Made by a program: the position numbers and the translations under genes
Notes under the pieces: generated by a model
The model's input: the letters and a program-made list of their open reading frames with translations, nothing else
The model's database searches: none
What the model was told of the DNA's origin: nothing
Part shown: in pieces, positions 11,063 through 21,482 of the stretch
How positions within the stretch are numbered: position 1 is the first letter of the stretch
Layout: each line of letters opens with the position of its first letter
Origin: an uncultured Poribacteria bacterium
GTDB taxonomy: Bacteria > Poribacteria > WGA-4E > WGA-3G
Direction: 5' to 3'
Assembly: GCA_951813565.1 (NCBI GenBank)
Contig: OX638351.1
Span: forward strand, 2,912,001-2,976,000
Length of the DNA stretch: 64,000 bases

Positions 11063-11703
11063 CTTTTCGTCCTTGTGTAGGTAAGCGTTAAAACAAGTAC
11101 ACGGGATATATTGCCTTGTTTCTGAAGAACATGAGTAATTTCGGTCAAGGTTTCACCAGATCTATAGATATCATCAAACAGAAGAACACAAGAATATGTC
11201 CTGTTTTTCGTATGAACAGCAAATGCCGCTTGTAGTTGTTCTTTTCTGCTATCTTCGCTCTCAATGCTTTTATGTTGTTTAGTTTCTTTTATCTTGATTA
11301 AATAGTCAACAGGTACCGGCAAACCCAGAATTTTACCCATTTTCACTGCAATTTCGATCACTGGTTGAAAATATCGATCTTGATCTGATGGTGGAGTCGG
11401 GATAATTGCTTTAACATAATCATAGACATAATGGTCATTAACCTTGAATTTCTTTTTGACAAATTTTGACGCAACTTCTGCTATAGGTTGAATGTTGGTA
11501 CGGTCATTAGTTTTTTTCGCATCATGATTTTTCAACCTATAAACCAATTCGCCAAGTTCTGTCCGAGTTGTGTCGAATTTCCCATCACCCAAGTGACGAC
11601 TTGAGATCGTATGGATATCCAAAGCCCAACCAGACCTCCAATTGCCGCGAATTTCTTGTGGATTGATACTTGACTTTTGGTCGGAACTATGAGTAGCCTC
11701 CAT
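11059..11703 (-). CDS. ComF-like phosphoribosyltransferase
   Basis: PRPP-binding motif VLLFDDIYRSGETL; IIPTPPS; ATGA overlap with the DprA gene. Confidence 0.82.
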   Translation of the reverse strand: MEATHSSDQKSSINPQEIRGNWRSGWALDIHTISSRHLGDGKFDTTRTELGELVYRLKNHDAKKTNDRTNIQPIAEVASKFVKKKFKVNDHYVYDYVKAIIPTPPSDQDRYFQPVIEIAVKMGKILGLPVPVDYLIKIKETKQHKSIESEDSRKEQLQAAFAVHTKNRTYSCVLLFDDIYRSGETLTEITHVLQKQGNISRVLVLTLTYTRTKR

Positions 11704-11824
11704 AGATTAGTTTCTTTTTAGTTCGGTTTCACGCATAACCCTGAATATTTTTAAGAATACTCTAAAATTCATTTAGTGTCAAGGTTTTGTAAATCAAGCA
11801 GTTGTAATCACGATACAAGGTAAA

Positions 11825-12142
11825 CTATGCTTTTTTGTCTCTGCCGTGGTAAGGCTTTAGTTCTTGCCACTTGTTTTCATACCAAACCTCAAAACGAGTG
11901 ACCTCTATCCAATGGAGGAACATGGAAATAGTTTGTCTAAGCATGTCGTAATAAACCCATATTGAGTTTCCCCATTTCTTGATGTTCTTTGGATCTGCTT
12001 TGGCAATATTAAATCGGGTATTACTTTCTCGGAAAACTTTTGCCCTTGTGCCGGTTTTTGCCCATTTTTGTTCGTACACGCTATATAACATGTTAACGTT
12101 TATTTTCTCATAATGGTATAAAAATTTCAGATAATTGACCAA
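11825..12142 (-). CDS. Hypothetical protein (start uncertain)
   Basis: AT-rich ORF upstream of and co-oriented with PRTase-DprA; no recognisable motif. Confidence 0.45.
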   Translation of the reverse strand: MVNYLKFLYHYEKINVNMLYSVYEQKWAKTGTRAKVFRESNTRFNIAKADPKNIKKWGNSIWVYYDMLRQTISMFLHWIEVTRFEVWYENKWQELKPYHGRDKKA

Positions 12143-12317
12143 TACAAAGCATTACTCTGCTATGTAATTACGTTCTTATAGGATGGTGAACGAAAATTCA
12201 AGATTTCTATACTGGACATCAAGAAGATTTTTGTTAAACTGCGGACAATTTTAAGCGTCTAATTAAGAAACTCATATCTGAAATGTGTACTCATAACAAT
12301 TCTTTCTCCCATTTTAG

Positions 12318-15300
12318 TTGGAGTGTGTAACCCGCATGCGAAAAATAATGAAAAAATCAGATGAAAGCGATCCTCCCTCAATAGTTTGTAAACGCAAATG
12401 TTTGTCCACTCCTACAGTAGCATATATCTTGTTACTGATACCTCTACTTCTGATTATCGGCTGTGGTCCATTAGGAATAACTGACCCGCAATCCGATACG
12501 CCCTACGCAGATTCCCGCCCAAATTCAAAACCGAAAAAGACATGGCCAGTGAAACGCACGCTTATCAGCAACGAAGTCAACTGTATCGCTGCCGATTCAG
12601 ACAATGTATGGATTGCAACAGCGAGAGGAGTTTCTCGCTGGGAACGCACACAAGACAGATGGCTCCACTACACAATGGAAGACGGATTAGCAAATGATAT
12701 GGTCAACGCTGTTGCGGTTGATGGAAAATGGGTTTGGTTTGCAACAGATGAAGGTGTGAGTCGATACGACAGCGAAACCGACACCTTTTCAACTTTTCGT
12801 AGCATAGACGGACTCGCAAGTGATCAGGTTTCCTCCATCGCTGTGGATGGGAACTACGTCTGGTTCGGAACATCTGACGGACTGAACCGATATGATAAAA
12901 CGATTGACAGTTGGGCAGTCCGCACGAGAAAAGATGGCTTAGTTAGCAGGATAATTACAACAATCGCTGTCGAGCCTGAGTATGTCTGGGTCGGCACTGA
13001 CAGAGAAATAAACCCTGATCCGCACGGATGGGATGAAGATCCGAGATTCAGCAAAGGTGGTGTGAGTCGGTATCACCGAGACACCGATTCTTGGAATAAC
13101 TATACAAGATCAGATGGTTTGATAGACAATGAAATCGCCACCATTGCTGTGGATGATGACAGTGTTTGGTTTGGCACACAACATAGAGGTGTTAGTCAAT
13201 ACAATCAGGTTGACCAAACTTTCGTGAAAACGTTCACCAAAACCGATCTGCTGAAAAGCAATTTCATCTCCTCTATCCGTGCTGACGGGTTTCAGGTTTG
13301 GTTTGGGACTGCCAATGCGGGCGTGCATCGCTTCATCAAACCTGTCAATACTTGGGTACATTATACTAAAGTAGACGGGTTGGCGAGTAATAATGTGAGC
13401 TGGATTACCACACAAGGTAATGATGTTTGGTTTGCAAGTAAAGAAGATGGCGTGAGCCGTTTTGATAAGGTAACCGGTAAATGGACAATTTACAAGCAAG
13501 CGGATTTTCTGGCGGATAACGATGTTCGGGATATAGCACGTGATGCCGATGGAAACCTCTGGATAGCAACAGTCGCTGGAGTCTCGGTTTACACTCCCGA
13601 AACGCGTAGTTGGGAGGTTATCTCTAAAGAAGATGGACTGCCAACCCCTTACGTCATGGCAGTAGATATAGTGTCACAATCGTCTGAATCTAAATTGAGC
13701 AAGTTAAGCAAAATATCAAAGGGACAGATATGGATCGGCACAGCGCGAGGACTCGGTTCATGCACACACTTTGGTGGTCAGTGGACATTCCACCGTCCCG
13801 CTCAAGGGGAAGCCTTTGTAACAGTAGTCGCTACTGGCAGGGGTTCAGACAATATCATTGACGCAGGACAGATATGGCTTGGAACGAATTTAGGTCCTGC
13901 AATGTATGACACAAACTCTCAAGAATGGACACAACTAACGTTACCAGATGCCCCCAAGAATCCGCTTATATTGTCTCTTCTTATTCATGATGAAAATGTC
14001 TGGTTCAGTGGTGTAGAAGGTGTTTGGCGATATTCAGTTGTGGATAAACAGATGCATCAAGTTACTGAAGGACTAAAAAACCCTTACGTTAACGTGCTGC
14101 TTGCTGTAGACAACGTGCTTTGGGCGGGGACCCAGGAAGGTCTCGCAAAATATGGCAACAAACAACAGCGTTGGACACTTGTTTCCTTTGAGGATGAATC
14201 GAAAGAACAATCACCATCTCCAAGTATCACAGCACTTGCATATCAAGAAGGCGTGCTTTGGGTTGGAACACCGCAAGGATTAGGAAGTTACACGATAGCA
14301 ACTGAAAAGTGGAATCCTCCCAAAAAATCACACAATATTCGCGACATTATGTGTGATGAAGATGGCAAACTTTGGTTAGCAACCTCTACAGGTCTCGTTG
14401 AATATCACATATCAAGTGGTGAAAAGGTGACACACCTATCCCGTCCGGTGCGGGAACCCTTACTTGAAACGAGGATTTCACACATCAAATTTGATGGGGA
14501 TTACATCTGGTTTTCTAACTGGAGGACTTCGCGAAACGGCGGAATTCTAAGGTTTCACCGTCCAACAAAAACTTGGCAGCGTTTCACACGATTAGATATT
14601 TTTCAGTCTACTCAGAAAAAAACGATGACAGTGTTGCGTTGGACTTATATAGATAAAGATGCTGTTTGGTTCACAACAGACTACGGTGTGCTTCGCTACG
14701 ATAAATCAAGGGATACATGGCAACATTTTACAATGAAAGACGGGCTTTCTGTGGACGATTTGGACAAGATTGCTGTCAGTGAAAAGAGTGTATGGGTAGT
14801 TCCGATGATGGGTATGGAGTTGAACCGTTACGATAAAGCAACTGACACATGGGAGATTATCACCCAACCTGAAAGGAGAGAACATAGGGAAAGCTTAAGA
14901 GGATTTGCTGTTGATGGACCGGAGGTATGGTTCGGTTCAGGAGACGCTCTCACGCGCTACAATGATGATACTAAAGAGTGGAAGGAATATAGACCGGCAG
15001 ATGGTTTGGCAGGCAGGGGTGCCGAATGGATTACAATTGACAAAGATTTCGTCTGGGTTGCGCGATCCGAATGGGATAGAGGCAGCAATCGTCCATTGTC
15101 ACGATACGATAAGAAAACAAAGAAATGGGCGACGTTCTCCACAAATGACGTGCTTGCTGCAAAAAACATTAAACGTATTATCGCAACAGAGAACGATGTT
15201 TGGATACAATACAGACCTTGGGATAACGTTGTAACCCGATATGATAGGCGCAATAAGGAATGGACTACCATCACCTCTGGTCGTGGAACGCTTGAACTTG

Positions 15301-16550
15301 CTGCAGATGATGACTATCTCTGGTTAGCCGCACCGAATGAGGGGCTGCGGCGGTTTCATTTTTCTTCAGGCACTTGGACAACATTCAAAGATGTCAAAGG
15401 ATTGCTGCATAATCATGTTGGCGAGTATGGACTTGCAGTCGATGAAGATTATGTATGGGTTGGAACAATACGTGGGCTTTCTCGTTATGACAAACATCGG
15501 GAATCCTGGATGCCTCTTGCGCCTTTGCCGACTCTTTCAGGACGTACCGTCCGCACAGTGGATACAGATGAGCGTTTCGTGTGGGTTGGAACGGATAGGG
15601 GGTTGTCTCGATATGATAAGGATTTGGGCACGTGGAAAAACTATAAACAGACGGGTGGATCCGAGGAAATAGCAACGCACAATGGACACTGGCATCGCCA
15701 TAGACCCAAATCACGCGGTATGCTCTCCGATAATGCTGTGAGTTCTATCGTTGCTGATGAACAATATGTGTGGGTAGGCACCCGAGACGGTGCGAACCGA
15801 TTTGATAAAATCGCACTTCGATGGGACCAATACAAAACTGAACATGGTTTACCCGCTAACAATGTGACATCTGTCAGCACCGATGGAAACAACATCTGGG
15901 TTGGTACACATTCTGGGATAGGAAAGTATCCGCGAACCGCTGATGACCTCAATGCTTGGATTGCTTATACTTCTGGGACTGAAATTCAACCTTCTGCTGT
16001 GTCTAAGGAGTTTGCTGAGTCATTGGTTACCGATGAAATATGGTGTATCACAGCGAGTAAAAGACATGTCTGGGTTGGCACACGCCGAGGCGTGAGTAAA
16101 TACGATATTGGTCGGGACATCTGGAAAACAATCACAGCAGTAGATGGTCTTGCCAGCGATGAGGTCAGTTGTATCGCCGTTGATGGTGAACGCATCTGGT
16201 TTGGTAGTGATCGCGGGGTAACGTTTTACAATGAAAAAACAGAAGATTGGCGCGCCTATACAACCAAGGACGGTCTCGCAAGTGACAAGATTACGACTAT
16301 CGGTGTTGATGGGACTGATGTATGGATCGGCACTTACAACGCTGGGATCAGTCGGTACGACCAACTGAAAAATAGCTGGGCAACTTACACACGAGAAGAT
16401 GGCTTGGCACATAACGGCATACTTTCTATGGCAATCGGTAGTACGTACGTATGGTTTGGTACCTATCGCGGATTGAGCCGTTTTGATAAACGCACAGGCA
16501 TTTGGACAACCTTCACAGAGGCTTACGGTCCAGAGGACATTTTAAGATAG
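12318..16550 (+). CDS. Large multi-beta-propeller (two-component-regulator propeller-like) lipoprotein
   Basis: Many DGLxSNxV..IAVD..VWFGT..GVSRYD repeats; lipobox-like IIGC; true start may be 12336/12348. Confidence 0.85.
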   Translation: MECVTRMRKIMKKSDESDPPSIVCKRKCLSTPTVAYILLLIPLLLIIGCGPLGITDPQSDTPYADSRPNSKPKKTWPVKRTLISNEVNCIAADSDNVWIATARGVSRWERTQDRWLHYTMEDGLANDMVNAVAVDGKWVWFATDEGVSRYDSETDTFSTFRSIDGLASDQVSSIAVDGNYVWFGTSDGLNRYDKTIDSWAVRTRKDGLVSRIITTIAVEPEYVWVGTDREINPDPHGWDEDPRFSKGGVSRYHRDTDSWNNYTRSDGLIDNEIATIAVDDDSVWFGTQHRGVSQYNQVDQTFVKTFTKTDLLKSNFISSIRADGFQVWFGTANAGVHRFIKPVNTWVHYTKVDGLASNNVSWITTQGNDVWFASKEDGVSRFDKVTGKWTIYKQADFLADNDVRDIARDADGNLWIATVAGVSVYTPETRSWEVISKEDGLPTPYVMAVDIVSQSSESKLSKLSKISKGQIWIGTARGLGSCTHFGGQWTFHRPAQGEAFVTVVATGRGSDNIIDAGQIWLGTNLGPAMYDTNSQEWTQLTLPDAPKNPLILSLLIHDENVWFSGVEGVWRYSVVDKQMHQVTEGLKNPYVNVLLAVDNVLWAGTQEGLAKYGNKQQRWTLVSFEDESKEQSPSPSITALAYQEGVLWVGTPQGLGSYTIATEKWNPPKKSHNIRDIMCDEDGKLWLATSTGLVEYHISSGEKVTHLSRPVREPLLETRISHIKFDGDYIWFSNWRTSRNGGILRFHRPTKTWQRFTRLDIFQSTQKKTMTVLRWTYIDKDAVWFTTDYGVLRYDKSRDTWQHFTMKDGLSVDDLDKIAVSEKSVWVVPMMGMELNRYDKATDTWEIITQPERREHRESLRGFAVDGPEVWFGSGDALTRYNDDTKEWKEYRPADGLAGRGAEWITIDKDFVWVARSEWDRGSNRPLSRYDKKTKKWATFSTNDVLAAKNIKRIIATENDVWIQYRPWDNVVTRYDRRNKEWTTITSGRGTLELAADDDYLWLAAPNEGLRRFHFSSGTWTTFKDVKGLLHNHVGEYGLAVDEDYVWVGTIRGLSRYDKHRESWMPLAPLPTLSGRTVRTVDTDERFVWVGTDRGLSRYDKDLGTWKNYKQTGGSEEIATHNGHWHRHRPKSRGMLSDNAVSSIVADEQYVWVGTRDGANRFDKIALRWDQYKTEHGLPANNVTSVSTDGNNIWVGTHSGIGKYPRTADDLNAWIAYTSGTEIQPSAVSKEFAESLVTDEIWCITASKRHVWVGTRRGVSKYDIGRDIWKTITAVDGLASDEVSCIAVDGERIWFGSDRGVTFYNEKTEDWRAYTTKDGLASDKITTIGVDGTDVWIGTYNAGISRYDQLKNSWATYTREDGLAHNGILSMAIGSTYVWFGTYRGLSRFDKRTGIWTTFTEAYGPEDILR

Positions 16551-16559
16551 CCAATAGTG

Positions 16560-17500
16560 TCAGTCTATTTAGTGTATTATATCTTTTGTAGGAGGGCTTT
16601 CTAAGCCCGATTTTATAGGGTGAGACTTACAAAGGTTTCCACACCTCCTGGTAGGCGCGTTTTGTAAACGCGCCGTTTATGGTGTCTTAAGTCAGTCTGG
16701 GTTGGACTCGGCGCGTTTACATGGAGATTAAGAAAATATTTCGGTAATTCTAATTTTTCCCAAACCCGGTAGGTGCGTTTTCCCAACCGCACTGGATCTT
16801 TCTCCAAAATTACCGAATTAATAAATTAATCTTCATCAAAGCGCGCCTACCGCTTGCGTATTTTACACGTAAGGTGGGTGTGTAAATATTTTAGCATTAA
16901 CCATGTTGCTTTTCTTGTAGGAGGGCTTTGTCCGCCCGATAAATTCAAATCAACGATGAATAGACTTGTAGTATTCATCGGGGTTGAAAACCCGCCAAAT
17001 GCCAAAAAGCGCATTTGGCGTTGATTTGGCAGCATGCCGGACGGGGAATGCCAAATGGTATTCATACCCGGTGAATGCCTAAAGACGAATGCGCCAAATC
17101 AACGGTCCGAATGCGCTTTGGCATTCCCCGTATGGCATTCGCCATGATTCATACCGTTGATTTCTTGATTTGGCGCATGCTGCGTTGATTTGGCTAAATG
17201 CCAAAGCGCATTTAGCGTTGATTCACTCCCACAAGAGGATATATCGATATATCCTAAAATTGACACCTATGGGTAGAGCGAAGCGAAACCCAACGATATA
17301 GGAGGCGCAATGAATCGCTCGACTACAAACGTTTCGCGAGCTGGAGCTTGTTCCTACAGGAAGAAAGAGGCGCAATGAATTGCGCGACTACAAACGCTGA
17401 TACTCTTAAAATCCGCGCCATCTGCGTAACCCGCGCTAATCCGTGATTCAGACAAAATTGAATTTCGCTTACGCTCTACCTAACCTACGAACTGCTTAGA
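16560..17500. repeat. Nested mosaic of REP-like palindromes and MITE-like elements
   Basis: GTAGGAGGGCTTTCTAAGCCCGA, GTAGGCGCGTTTTGTAAACGCGCC, GTAGGTGCGTTTTCCCAACCGCAC, GGCGCAATGAATTGCGCGACTAC, GGGTAGAGCGAAGCGAAACCCAAC, CCAAATGCCAAAAAGCGCATTTGGCGTTGATT; related copies recur elsewhere in the window. Confidence 0.85.
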
Positions 17501-17511
17501 CCAAGAAAAAT

Positions 17512-19257
17512 ATGTCTTTAGTAACAATAAACCGTGTAACAAAACGTTATGACCCAGACTTAATTCTGGACGATATTTCAGCCGCAATTGCGCCTGGAGA
17601 CCGAATTGGGTTAATTGGCCGTAACGGATGTGGAAAAACAACGTTACTTAAAATTATAGGCGGTATGCTCACCGATTTCAAAGGGAATGTCGTTCTGGCA
17701 AAGGGGCGACGTATGGGATACTTAAGCCAAGAACCGGAGTTGGAACATGACTGCACGTTACGCCAGGAAATGCTTAAGGTTTTTGAAGAACGGCTTGCCC
17801 TTGAAGATAAAATGCTCATGCTTGCAGAGGAGATGGAAAAACAAGAAACGCCACACTTCTTAGCGCAGTACGCGCGCATTCAGGAAAAGCATGAACAACT
17901 CGGCGGTTACGACTATGAACATCGGATAAATCGCGTACTTGGTGGTTTAGGTTTTATCGAACAGGACTTCAATTTACCGGTCAGCGTCCTGAGTGGCGGC
18001 CAAAAGAGTAGGGCGACGTTAGCAAAACTGCTCCTTGAAGAACCAGACTTGTTGCTTCTTGACGAACCGACGAATCACCTTGACATCAACGGAATTGAAT
18101 GGCTGGAAAATTATCTCAATACCGAATATAACGGTGGAGTCCTCGTTGTTTCTCACGATAGATTTTTTTTGGATAAAGTCGTTCGAAAGGTGTGGGAACT
18201 CACTGAAAATAAAATAAATATCTATCGAGGCAACTATTCCAAGTTCTTGGAAATTAAAAATGTTGAGCGACTCGTTGACCAACGCGCATTCAAAATACAA
18301 CAGGCGTTTATTGCACAGGAAGATAAGTTCATTGAGCGTAATATAGCCGGACAGCGGACTCGCGAAGCACAGGGAAGACGGAAAAAACTGGAACGGTTGG
18401 AAAAAGTTGAAAAACCGAAACCCGATGCGCCAACGTTGAAACTCAACTTCACACGAGGAACACGCGGTGGAGATGATATTCTACGTTGTCAAAACGTTAG
18501 CAAACAGTTTGGCGATAAGGTGTTATTCAAAAACCTGAGTTTTGACATCTACCGTGGTGATGTTGTCGGGATCATGGGACCGAACGGTACCGGAAAAACG
18601 ACACTTTTCCGAATGATTTTGGGGCAGGAACAACCCACGCAAGGCGACCTTTGGGTCGGTCCCGGCCTTAAACTTGGATATTATACGCAAGAATTGGAAG
18701 GGCTCAATCTGGATAATGAAATCATGCACGAAGTCTGGGCACTTTGTCCAGAGCAGACACAGCAGCAGGTTAGGAGTTTTTTAGCAAAATTCCTCTTTCG
18801 CGGGGATGACGTGTTTAAACAGATTGGAATCTTGAGTGGAGGTGAACAGAGCCGCGTTCAACTTGCGAAACTGCTATTGGAAAACGCTAATGTGCTTCTA
18901 CTTGATGAACCAACAAATCATCTGGATATTCCAGCACGCGAGGCACTCGAAAAAGCACTCGCCAGCTATCCCGCCACACAATTTATTATCTCTCATGACC
19001 GCTACCTTTTGAATAGTTTAGCGACTAAACTACTAATTTTTGACATCACAAAAGAGGGAACAGAAACACGCTTTTTCGAAGGCACCTATGCCGAATATGA
19101 AGCAGAGCAACAGAGACAAGTTGTTGATACAGAGCAGGAACACCAAGAGAATCAGCAATCTGAAAGTGTTCAAAACAGGACAACACCGAAACGAAATAAG
19201 TCAAAATCTAAGCGAAAACGGAAAATGAAGGCACAACGTTTGGTTGGAAGCAATTAA
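17512..19257 (+). CDS. ABC-F family ATP-binding protein
   Basis: Two ABC domains (GRNGCGKT, LSGGQ, LLDEPTNHLD; GPNGTGKT, LSGGE) and no TM segments. Confidence 0.92.
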   Translation: MSLVTINRVTKRYDPDLILDDISAAIAPGDRIGLIGRNGCGKTTLLKIIGGMLTDFKGNVVLAKGRRMGYLSQEPELEHDCTLRQEMLKVFEERLALEDKMLMLAEEMEKQETPHFLAQYARIQEKHEQLGGYDYEHRINRVLGGLGFIEQDFNLPVSVLSGGQKSRATLAKLLLEEPDLLLLDEPTNHLDINGIEWLENYLNTEYNGGVLVVSHDRFFLDKVVRKVWELTENKINIYRGNYSKFLEIKNVERLVDQRAFKIQQAFIAQEDKFIERNIAGQRTREAQGRRKKLERLEKVEKPKPDAPTLKLNFTRGTRGGDDILRCQNVSKQFGDKVLFKNLSFDIYRGDVVGIMGPNGTGKTTLFRMILGQEQPTQGDLWVGPGLKLGYYTQELEGLNLDNEIMHEVWALCPEQTQQQVRSFLAKFLFRGDDVFKQIGILSGGEQSRVQLAKLLLENANVLLLDEPTNHLDIPAREALEKALASYPATQFIISHDRYLLNSLATKLLIFDITKEGTETRFFEGTYAEYEAEQQRQVVDTEQEHQENQQSESVQNRTTPKRNKSKSKRKRKMKAQRLVGSN

Positions 19258-19301
19258 ATTCGGTAATTTTCTATAAAATTCCTCTTTTTCACACTTTTAA
19301 T

Positions 19302-19346
19302 TTGACATTCGTGAAAAATTAATATATAATTTATGTCGTATACGAC
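19302..19346 (+). promoter_or_regulatory. Sigma70 promoter with palindromic operator
   Basis: TTGACA(19302)-N17-TATAAT(19325), then the perfect palindrome GTCGTATACGAC (19335-19346) before the MarR gene. Confidence 0.75.
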
Positions 19347-19379
19347 GGAATATACCTCTGACATAGGACGTATTTGAAA

Positions 19380-20258
19380 ATGTCTAAAAACCATGAGTTT
19401 AATCAAGAAATTGATGTTGTCATGCGTGTGATGCGTCATGCGCAAGCGGCAGTCAAATCAAGGTTTATACAGGAAGTTGTCCCCAGTCGCCTGACAATTG
19501 TCCAGTTCAATGCATTACAACATCTTCATTGGTATGGTCGAGAATCAGGCATGTCCGTCAGTGAGTTAGGTGAGCATTTAGGCCTTGCCCACAATACAGT
19601 CTCAGGCTTAGTCAGTCGGCTTGAGAAACATGGTTGGGTTGTCCGTCGTAAATGTGATAAAGATCGGAGGCGCGCCCGCATTCAACTAACACCGCAATCT
19701 GAACAACTTTTCCGAGAACGGGTGAAACACGCTACAGACTTTTGGCAACACACCTTTGGTCAACTTTCCACTGCAGATCAGGAAAACCTGATTGGGAGTC
19801 TAAAAAAGCTGAAACAGGTGATGGCAAAACCGGTGTGGCCAAGTTATGCACAGTTACACCCACGCGATGCGGACCATTTACGAGAAAAGTTTGAAACGGA
19901 ACTTGACGAACTTGCGCAAGCAAAACTAAAACTCGTCGGAATACGTTTAATTCTCGCCCGAATCGCGGAAAAACGGAATGAACACGAACTTGCTGCGTAC
20001 CTGAACCAAGCTGCCTCCGAAGAGATTCGACATACAAACCAGTTGTTCACACTACTCGGTCATGGTGAACATTTTGACAGACTTCTCTCGGCACTTATTG
20101 ATGAAGACCAGATTGTCTATGAGGAGTTGTTAACCTTACTTGATAATGCCCCATGTACAGAGGATGATGAAGAATTAAACCTGCTTCAACAAATGCTTCA
20201 AGATAGCCACAGATATAGACGATGGTTTCGCGATGTTCACAAGCAAACAAATCGGTGA
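19380..20258 (+). CDS. MarR-family regulator fused to a ferritin/rubrerythrin-like domain
   Basis: wHTH (LTIVQF..MSVSELGEHLGL..TVSGLVSRLE..DRRRARIQLT); C-terminal helical bundle with EEIRH. Confidence 0.75.
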   Translation: MSKNHEFNQEIDVVMRVMRHAQAAVKSRFIQEVVPSRLTIVQFNALQHLHWYGRESGMSVSELGEHLGLAHNTVSGLVSRLEKHGWVVRRKCDKDRRRARIQLTPQSEQLFRERVKHATDFWQHTFGQLSTADQENLIGSLKKLKQVMAKPVWPSYAQLHPRDADHLREKFETELDELAQAKLKLVGIRLILARIAEKRNEHELAAYLNQAASEEIRHTNQLFTLLGHGEHFDRLLSALIDEDQIVYEELLTLLDNAPCTEDDEELNLLQQMLQDSHRYRRWFRDVHKQTNR

Positions 20259-20321
20259 CTTCTATTCTATCAACGGCGGTCTGAGTTTCAGTTTCCGGCC
20301 GATGACACTTAAGAGGAGAAC

Positions 20322-20936
20322 ATGCAGTCCCAAAGCCCCGAAAGTATTCCTCCAGCATGTAATGATGATGCCCAACTGATAGAACAATTTCAGAGCGGCG
20401 ATACGGATGTGTTTAATACACTCTTTACTCGCTACCAGAAACGCACTTATCGGTTAGTTCAGCGTTTTGTTCCTAATCATGAAGATGCCCTTGATATTAC
20501 GCAAGATGCGTTTATTCGCGCTTACCAAGGGCTGAGTGATTTTAAGAGCCAGTGCCAGTTCTATAGTTGGCTTTACCGAATTACAGTCAATCTCTGCATT
20601 GATTTTTTACGGAAAAAAGCGCGCTCGGAAGTGATGGTATACGAATCCGACGAATCGGATGAATTGCCGATGGCAAATTTCCCCGATTTACGTTCAGATT
20701 CTCCTGCCAAAGCTGCTGAGAATAAAGAACTCAGAGTCCAGATTCGGAAGGCGATTCGTCAGTTGCCGCCGAAGCAACGGCAAATTTTTATCCTGCGTCA
20801 CTGGGACGGATTATCCCTAAAAGATATTGCAACTGCGGTTGGCAGATCGGATGGAACAGTCAAAGCCCACCTGTTCCATGCACATCGTAATCTCCGCAAA
20901 CATCTACGTTCTTACCTGAAGGAATCAGATGTTTAA
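20322..20936 (+). CDS. ECF sigma-70 factor
   Basis: DALDITQDAFIRAY, FYSWLYRITVNLCID, region 4 LPPKQRQIFILRH..GTVKAHL. Confidence 0.92.
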   Translation: MQSQSPESIPPACNDDAQLIEQFQSGDTDVFNTLFTRYQKRTYRLVQRFVPNHEDALDITQDAFIRAYQGLSDFKSQCQFYSWLYRITVNLCIDFLRKKARSEVMVYESDESDELPMANFPDLRSDSPAKAAENKELRVQIRKAIRQLPPKQRQIFILRHWDGLSLKDIATAVGRSDGTVKAHLFHAHRNLRKHLRSYLKESDV

Positions 20937-21137
20937 ATTGTTAGGATAAAAAGACATTTGTCCTCATTCTCCTAACCTTCCATGTTAATCCAAGATATGG
21001 AAGGTTAGAAGAAGTCTATTCGCTTTTCCCTCCTTAAATTTATAGTGTTGTCCAGATTCTGAACCACAACTATTATTATTTGGACAGTTGACCCATCTAT
21101 CATAAGCAAGAATTACGATTGTTCTGCGATCCCGCGT

Positions 21138-21152
21138 TGGCACGAAATTTGC
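21138..21152 (+). promoter_or_regulatory. Sigma54 (-24/-12) promoter
   Basis: TGGCAC-GAAAT-TTGC; separated from the TolB-like gene by repeat insertions. Confidence 0.6.
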
Positions 21153-21175
21153 TCTACCTTATAGCAATTAGTTTA

Positions 21176-21285
21176 TAGTAAAATCCGAAAATATGTTTAC
21201 ATTTCAATGAACAACAATCCCGACACACTCGCGTTGGCGAGGTTTCCTAACCTCGCTAATGTTCAGGTAATTGTGGGTTTTACTA
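21176..21285. mobile_element. 110-bp IS630-type MITE (copy 1)
   Basis: TA-flanked; TAGTAAAATCC...GGGTTTTACTA ends; internal GCGAGGTTTCCTAACCTCGC hairpin; a same-length copy lies at 36747-36856. Confidence 0.8.
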
Positions 21286-21482
21286 TAATAAATCCAAGTT
21301 GCTACCTATTTCGTAAATTCTCTTGTAGGAGGGGTTTCTAACCCCGACAAATGCCAAAAAGCGCATTTGGCGTTGATTTGGATTTATAACAAAAGACATC
21401 CAGAATCAACGAAAAACCCTTGTTTTTTTAGGAAAACATCGTCTTTTGTTCAAAATTTTGCAAGTAGCAACTTGAGTTATAA

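Noticed and set aside
12854..16412. Antisense and alternate-frame ORFs inside long genes
   Set aside because: Shadow ORFs of well-supported CDSs, without motifs
16560..17500. Possible CRISPR array
   Set aside because: Repeats are irregularly spaced, in both orientations and nested; no unique spacers or cas genes
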